A stretch of DNA of 62,664 bases, filler included, from Platydemus manokwari (Eukaryota): NCBI GenBank assembly GCA_037951405.1. It is 5 parts of 5 records of this genome, joined end to end, with 100 filler letters (N's around TTAATTAATTAA, not from the genome) between each part and the next. Parts side by side here need not be neighbours in the genome. Positions count along the whole stretch, not along the records: positions 52,067 to 62,664 come from JBBMOY011121329.1; 4 more parts are not named here. One strand, 5' to 3'. Positions within the stretch are counted from its first letter, which is position 1. Each line of letters starts with the position of its first letter. A model generated the notes under the pieces. The model was not told the DNA's origin, made no database searches, and worked only from the letters and a program-made list of their open reading frames with translations. The translations under genes were made by a program, and so were the position numbers. Below, in pieces: positions 54,886-62,664 of this stretch.

Positions 54886-55593
54886 ATGAGAAATTCTTAT
54901 AAAAATCTAGTCACTGGTGTTATCAAAGATGAGAATAACACTTGTGAAATATGTCTCTTATTTTGTACCTTTAGCGATACTTTGAAACTTCCCAAGTGTG
55001 GACATAACTACCATTTCCAATGTTTCATGTTAGAAACCTTACAAAATCCAACGTTTTGTGTTAGATGTGAAACGCCATATAAAGAGATGATGTTCTCAGG
55101 TCATGAAGATATTGAAACGAGAATAATGGTTAAAAATTATCTACCTGAATATCGAGTTGGATTGAGTCATTATGTGAATTATGAACGAAAAGGTTACACG
55201 TTCGTCATCTCGATTATGATTCCAATATATCCAATTGTTATGAAAATCAATGTGAAAAATACAAAAGTTGCTTCCAAAGTATTAGGAATATCTAATCAAT
55301 CGTTTTACATCGGTGATAAACATGATTTCCTTGTGAACAATTACCGCGATTCGAATAATATCTGTAAAACATATTCATATACATTAAAGCCGAAAATTAA
55401 AAGAAATCAAGTAAAAGGGTTGGAAATAAGCGTAATTCCATCAAATAAATTTGTGATAGTTGGTAAAATTTTACTTCACAATGGATTGGAGAGCAGCGAG
55501 TTTCCTTGTGATTATGAAATAGCAAAATTGTTTAAGGAGTTACCAACGAGAACTTTTTTCGACTTTTCCTCCAAAAATAAACTCTTGAATTAG
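54886..55593 (+). CDS. Intronless RING-H2 finger protein (putative E3 ligase), 235 aa
   Basis: CEIC-x14-CGHNYHFQC-x11-CVRC is a C3H2C3 RING. The 708-nt ORF is uninterrupted in AT-rich DNA and AATAAA follows at 55612. Confidence 0.8.
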   Translation: MRNSYKNLVTGVIKDENNTCEICLLFCTFSDTLKLPKCGHNYHFQCFMLETLQNPTFCVRCETPYKEMMFSGHEDIETRIMVKNYLPEYRVGLSHYVNYERKGYTFVISIMIPIYPIVMKINVKNTKVASKVLGISNQSFYIGDKHDFLVNNYRDSNNICKTYSYTLKPKIKRNQVKGLEISVIPSNKFVIVGKILLHNGLESSEFPCDYEIAKLFKELPTRTFFDFSSKNKLLN

Positions 55594-58460
55594 AATTCAT
55601 AATTATTTTTTAATAAAAAAAGAATTGTAAAATCATCAGTGTCACTCCAAGATAAATCGATAATATGTACTTGTCTATTTCATTATATATTTTACTGATA
55701 TTAAAATATTTTATTAAATATTTATTATACTACATGTGATGTAGAACAATCAATCTACTTTTGTCAACATATTGACTAAATGCTTAGTAGTTCCGGGTAT
55801 TGTAATCTACAGTATTGCAGTATTTTCTATTATTATACAAGATTAATTATGCCATTTTTATTCATAATAGCACACAAAATATTTCGCTGTTGCCGAACAT
55901 AACAACAAACTAATTCACACTAAAATTAACAATATCTATTTTTAAATTTATGAATGGATTTAATACACAGGTAACACTTATTCCTGTTTTATCCAACAGC
56001 TGTTATCATAGATTTTGTTTATTACTTTTTAAGTCTGTCATTGTTATCTCCCAGGCTATAAATAATAACATTCCCAAATTGGTAATACAATTTTCAATAA
56101 AAATTCGTAGCACTCGATTAAGAATTTCGTAACAGTGAAATTAAATTTCGTACTGACAGATAATTAATCGATTTATTAAATTAATTGATGTGTTCATAAA
56201 AAATTAACCTATATAAGATGTAAATTCAAAAGGTCAAACGATAATGGTAACGGTAATAAAACAATCACTATCATTGATGTTAAATGGGTAATTTCTTTAT
56301 TCAAAATTTTTTTATCACATAATTTTATTTTAACCATTATAGTAAAAACAACTTTCGTTTATTTTTTACCGAAACAATAGAGAACTCACCTCAAAATATT
56401 GATAATGATAAAACCTAAGCATATACAGATGAATAATGCATTTCAATTCATTACCAAAGTTTTAGATTTTGAAATTCGAGGAGATTATTAGGACAAGGAA
56501 TTTTTATTAAGAAGATATAAGATATAATTGAAAGAGGTTCGAATAAATGTAATTAAGAGATAAATTTTTTTTTGAGAGCTGAAGAACAAATATTCATTTA
56601 TGAATTCATTAAGAAAAATAACTTTAATGATGTTTGAGGTTTGAAAAATTTCCATTTATTGGAAAATGTAATTCCGGAAGGAGAATATCGACTAAATATA
56701 TTTTTAATACAGGACAAAAGAAAACAAAATTTTAGAGGTTATTGGTATTGAAATATTTAATTTTATAAAAAAATAGATTATGTCAAAAAATAAAAATAAT
56801 TAATAATAAAAAGCACCGAAAAAAAATATCGAATAACCCATTCAAAAAATATCGATAGTAAATGTTATTGCGATTGATGTGCTAAAATCGCGCATTATAT
56901 GTGATAAGTTTAATTTTTCATAGAAATTACAGTTTAAGATTGCTCAGCATTAATTATTTATATTTATAAAAATCGACTCCATCAATAAAATTCTTCCTCA
57001 CACAATGGTCATCAATTTAAATATAATCTTCATCACGGACTGAAAAATAACCATCAACACAATAAGAATCATCAAAACTTCCCAAAATACAAAGAATCCG
57101 AATGAACTGATTAAAGTCAGAATTCATGAAATGCATAAAAAAATAAACTGTAAAAATCATTGATTCCTCAAAGAATAAATAAAAGATTTCATGAACAATC
57201 GTAAGTAAAAAAAATTAATTACTATTTTTTATAAAACTTAATTTCTGAATGATAAACAATGCCGTGAACAGGGTAGGATTAAAACAATAAATTGTGACTT
57301 TTTATACAATTATATTAAGTAAAGTACGTATCATTGATGATAATTATTATCGAGAAAAGTTCTTGAGAATTTGAACTTATCGTTAAAATAATATAAAGGT
57401 TATGGTTATAAGAAAGTACTGAAATAATAATTAATTAAATTAAGTGATAAAGAATAAGCTGTAACCAAAAATATACAATATGTAAATATATTATTTTTAA
57501 TTTCCCATTATTTAAACCATGGCTTATATTTGAATGGATAAATATTTACACTTATAAACGAAATTGTAATGAAATAGAGGAAAATTATGAATAATAAACA
57601 TTTAATCATAGGCACAGAACATCCATTAGCGATACTATCACGGCTAAATACACACATCCATCATTTTCACCTTATAATAATAATCAAAGAAAAGTAGATT
57701 ATTGGTACCTAAACGAACATCGACTAAAAACTACAAAGGTAAGAATATGGTTATACATTTTCACCATTACATTAGTTGATATAACTCTGAAACACATTAC
57801 AATTGCGAAGATTTTAAAATTTAAATTTAAAAGATTTTGTAAATTAATATTAAAAGATATCGATATATTTAAATTATTGTAGCTAAATATTGTTTTGTGT
57901 CTTGACTTTTCCAGTAGTTTACAATGTGTGTTTTATAAAATAGTAACAGCTTATATAGCGACCACACATTTGAATTCGATACTGGAGTCTATGGCTTGAG
58001 AATATAGGAGAGAAGCAGGACGATACAAAGAAGATCTGGAAAAGATTTGAAGAAAATATTTGGAAAATAAAAAGAAAATAAGATATAAAAATGTAAAATA
58101 AAAAATTTACATTTTGATAAATATATAGAGAATTTGATCCAGAGATCATTAGATATATCCAATATCTACAAATTTATGCTAACTTGAGTTATTCTGTTGT
58201 TGGGATTTCGGAATATCAACTTAATAACAATCGACATCGAACCGATCAATTGAATAAACATTTATGATAATTAATTGCATGAATATTTATTTGTAGCATT
58301 ATTTTTATCGATTTTGACTACGAACCAAAGTTATTTCGTTTTTATTTTTTCTTCTTTCATCGTGTAACGATTTGAAGCTTTGTTTAAAATGATATGTTAT
58401 AAATAATAAATGATAGTATTTTGTAAAAGTAAAATATTTATAATGATAAATGAATAGATT

Positions 58461-58560
58461 ATAATAGATAGTAATGGATGATAATAGATAATAATAAATC
58501 ATGATAAATAATAATAGATAGTAATTAATGATAGTAGATAATAATAAATAATAATAGTTT
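58461..58560. repeat. 50-nt tandem duplication in low-complexity AT DNA
   Basis: ataatagatagtaat..atgata.tagataataataaat occurs twice at a period of 50. Confidence 0.7.
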
Positions 58561-58844
58561 ATAATTTGGGAAATTTTGATGCTTAATAAATATTTGATAA
58601 ATATTAAGACAAATTTAATAGATATTTTTGCAGAAATAAGTGATAAATCAGTACGAAGTCTGTAATAATGATGACTATATTTTGAAACAATAAGTATTTG
58701 AAAGAATGAACGATTAATGTGACAATATTCTTTTAATAATTACAATAAATGGTTGAGGACTAAAATAAATTCCAGAGAATTAATATTTCATGCTTGTGCC
58801 CGGGCTTCATGGTAGTTGCTTAATTTATTATTGAATGATTTTCA

Positions 58845-59400
58845 ATCTAGGATCACCGTTGTTGTAATCAGTCTCAGTGAGTTTCTGGTTGAGGCACCAG
58901 GTGCAATTTTCCTTTGTAAGAGTTAATTCTTTAGGTCGCCCTTCAGTATCGTATGATGACGATAAGAGCGGCAACAGCGGTCCCACAATTTATCAGTCTC
59001 AATATCATATTTAACCTTAACACCTTTTACTACAAAACCAATGCCTGGTTGCCACCGACAATTTTGGAATCCATCAAAAACCAATGGTCGATAAATAAAA
59101 CATATACTATAAGCAAATTTCCAATAGAACACCAATATAAAATATTAAAAATTTATTTTAAAATACAATATAGACCAAACCTTATAACGAGAACCTTATT
59201 AACTTCTTGGAGTAAGTGACGATCAATAGAACCCACACTCTTCGAACAACAATAGCTATGTCAAGAATTTAAGAAAAATTCGATAATATGAGATAAAAGA
59301 TGATATTAATATCGATCAGTTGTTTATACAATTAACGCTCACTCAGCCTGAGAGACTTATTGGTAAATGGTCGGGTAATCAAAGAGCATATAAAATTGAT
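58845..59400 (-). repeat. Dispersed repeat family, diverged copy 4
   Basis: The minus strand reads ctcaaccagaaactcactgagactgattac..tgatcc and atattgagactgataa. It also contains ggtctatatt, shared with 307-316, and tttatattggtgt, similar to 54111-54124. Confidence 0.55.
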
Positions 59401-60931
59401 TTTATCTTCTCGAACTGTTGACTAAGTAAAACTCACAAATGTCAAATCTAGTAGTTTCTTACAATTAAATTGGCACTGTTAATGTTCTTCCCTTTATGTA
59501 TATTGTTTGATCTTAGAGTGCGTTTATCTTTTTGATTAATTATTTATTCCGATGATTTTATTTTAATGCACCCGATATTCTATTGTTACATTGTTATTTT
59601 CAATTTAGGAATTATTTTTATTATTTCAATTTAATGATTATCGACTTAATTAATCTATATCAAATTTACCTGAGATTTTAATTATGGTTTTAATATTTTT
59701 ATAAAAAGATGTATTATTTAATTTATTATTCCCTTATGATTAATTTCGAATTTATTAAAGATAATTATGTTCAATTAATTCGAACTTTTTATTATTCTCG
59801 TCAATAGATAAAACACAAAAATTATAAATTGATATATTTGTCACAACTGAATAACTAAAAAAGACAGAAAATAAACATATCGTTAAACAAGTAGAATATT
59901 GTCACAGTAACGTAACGACACTTAAAAATAATTCGTGCATGTAAAATTATTATTACGTAAAATTATCGAGACGGTTAAAAAGGTTCAATACACGTTATCA
60001 CAATATCATCATTAATATGTTGTATTTTTTGAAACCTCAACATAATTACGAGATACAAATATTATAAATATAGGGGAAGATTAATTGTAATAGGCTGTTA
60101 TCAAAACCCTAGTATTGTGTTCATTATTCAAAAAAGTATATCAATTTGTTCATCGACTACCCTAAGGTATTGCAGTTAATCTAAGAATTAAAGAATCTTT
60201 TTTATTGTATAAACAAATGATCGATATAATACTCCATTGTATCTCCTATTGTTGAGCTTATCCTCAAATATCTTAAAGGAAATTGGTTTTACGTAGTCTA
60301 TTAAACTTGAGCTTCATTCAGGAATTGTTAAGGTTTTTCTAAAGGTTCATTGTATCCAATAGTGATAAACTCAATTGTGATTTTTATATTTTTATTCATT
60401 TGTATTGGTTTTGGATCCAAAGTATTGATTTAAAAACAATTAAAGTTGATAACAAAAAGCATTTGTCTCATCAACTTATAAAATTGAGACTGATTATGTG
60501 CCACACATATTGTCTTCTCACCATATAGTCTTGGGTAGTGAAAATAATAACAAATATAAAATAAATTGCGCCTGTGTTATTGAGATAGATCGGTTAGAAA
60601 TAGCATAAAAATAGAAATAATAATGAAAATATAATTTTGTATAATAATTTTTTCTCTGACTATTTGTGCAAATAATTATTTGGAGTAGCTTCTTTATGTA
60701 ACATAACTGTCCTGTGTTTAATTTTCTTTGACTCTCCACTTCTTACAGAGACAATGCTCAATTGATCAGTTTGGTTAAAAGGACAATAAAACCTTTTTAA
60801 AGTTTTTCAAAGGTATAAATTATTTATATATTATCATATCATGTACATGTTCGGGATAGAGACAATTATTATATATAAAGATAATTATAATATAAAATCA
60901 TCATCGAAATGTATTGCTAGATATCATTTAA

Positions 60932-61002
60932 CATATTGACGGACAGTAGGAACAAATGAAGTTCAAAATTGACGGTTATAGACGCAAGTGTCCTCCAACG
61001 TG
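60932..61002. mobile_element. 71-nt piggyBac-type MITE, copy 2
   Basis: TTAA at 60928-60931 and 61003-61006. TIRs CATATTGACGGACA / TGTCCTCCAACGTG. Same length and core (aaatgaagtt..aaattgacggttatagacgcaagtgtcc) as 40411-40481. Confidence 0.85.
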
Positions 61003-61009
61003 TTAATAA

Positions 61010-62075
61010 TGTATTTTAAAAAAAAATTTTCATTGAAATTATCCAACAACGCCTCCAGATCGAGTAGTTTATTTAAAACTCATATATTTCCTTTAAATAA
61101 ACATATAAGCCTGTACTCTAATGAAGTATTTCATCTAAACACTGATGATTCGATAATCAATAAACTAAGTCTGGTGGTAGAATTTATAAAATGTGGTTTC
61201 TTATCAACTTCATTTGACACCTGGGACGAATTTGTAGCCATGTTTGTGTTTTTACAGGAACGTGGCAATTATAACTGTGTACATCTAATAGTGGCAATTA
61301 AACCTTAAAAATGTTATATTATTAGGGATTTAGTATCAATAGAGTTCACAGAGAACTTGAAGAACAGTCTATACGACAAAATGTATAAATATACCAAGAA
61401 AAATAAATTTATGCAAATTACTATTAACATATAGAACAGTAAACTGAAGACGATTTTATATAAATTTCCTGATTAGTCACGTTTAAAAGGCATTATATAA
61501 ATTTTTGAAACACCCACAATATTTAAATGTGCTAATTATAAATAACGTGAAATGAAACCAACATGACAAATATTGATAATCGATGAAGAAACAAAATATT
61601 GGAAATTATATTCAGAGAACCGGAATATTATATTCAAGAAACCAGAATATTAAAGCGGTGTCACCCATTATTTCGCTTAAAGATAGTCATCATTAGCAAT
61701 AATACTTAATGGATGAGTCGATACCATACTTTTGAGCTGTTTTGATCAAGCTTCTCATTCATCACAATCTCTGTACAATCTTTTTTATCAAAATTAACAC
61801 AATTTATTTTAATATTCGATAAAAACAGAGATAAACATGTTTCATAACTTCTGGACGAATGGCCTGGAACAGTTTTAATCCGGCTCACTAAGCCTGTTTC
61901 GATTTTACCGGTGATTGTATAATACAAATGACACTGAACGGCTTCGAAAAGTAATTATCAACAACGCAAAGGACACCGAACGGCTTCGAGAAGTAATTGT
62001 CAACAATTACACAATTTGTTCGACTTACACTTTGGTAAACAATAAATAAATAATAACATCGAGACAGTGACAATT
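61010..62075 (-). mobile_element. piggyBac-like transposase relic (second and third Asp region)
   Basis: RTNCVIVDNYFS (cf. R.V..DN.FTS) is followed by NEVDKKPHFI/FYHQT (cf. KKP.II..YN.TKGGVD) and LDEIL. The sequence is frameshifted. Confidence 0.6.
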
Positions 62076-62664
62076 TATCGATTTAGCAATGCCAATCAAT
62101 ATAATCAATCAAAGAAAATATAAATTATTATTATCAAAAATATCTCCATTAAAAATAAACGTCATTTATATTTACAGGAAATCAATAAATCAATCTTTCT
62201 TATTGGTGGTCATGTACTCGATAAGATTTACACTGAAATGTTGGCCAAGATCTGACAGTAAATTGATCATGTTCAAATTACTAAGAGGATGAGCGATAAC
62301 TGTTGTGTTGTGCTGATTGTCATAGGGATTGTAATCTATTTATAGCATTGATTAAATGATTCATATTAGTATTAAAACGTTATATAACTCACCTTCAATT
62401 TCATAATTTACTCTTTTCTTAAACAAACCACATTTTCCTGTTATTTTAACTGATCGCAACTCTAATACTTTATATTTGACCAATATCTGAAAATTAAATT
62501 TGGTATCATTTTTATAATATTTGTTTAAATGAAGTCATGAATATGCAACAGTAATCAATAAGGTAATTAGCTCGAAGTATCTCAGGTGAATAGAAATTAT
62601 TTTTATGATATATTGATTTTTACAAGTATTTTGATTGATTTTTGATTTTAAATATTTTACGATA

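Overview
This window is AT-rich animal (metazoan) genomic DNA. It is not one locus. Five separate sequences (1-12828, 12929-22642, 22743-35633, 35734-51966, 52067-62664) are joined by four identical artificial 100-nt spacers (N44-TTAATTAATTAA-N44), so neighbourhood across the spacers means nothing. Most ORF-track entries are exon fragments or noise. Splicing by hand recovers these genes: a 10-exon GH85 ENGase, intronless SENP8/DEN1, an H3.3-like histone with an AAVG motif, a partial fibrillar collagen with an interrupted helix, a divergent eh1-bearing ANTP-class homeobox gene, the 5' part of an SNX29-like RUN-domain gene with a GC-AG intron, a secreted alpha-carbonic anhydrase, a 9-exon HNF4, and an intronless RING-H2 gene. 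Most introns are 38-64 nt. Longer introns and intergenic DNA carry decayed Gypsy, Tigger/pogo and piggyBac relics, a 71-nt TTAA-flanked MITE in two copies, and an unclassified dispersed repeat family. The compact introns and divergent proteins suggest a reduced, fast-evolving invertebrate such as a myxozoan-type parasite, but the taxon is an inference. I found no clear new multi-gene system. The best leads are a cluster of HNF4-type sites in HNF4 intron 1, the altered carbonic anhydrase, the H3.3 variant, the collagen architecture, the minimal MITE and the repeat family.
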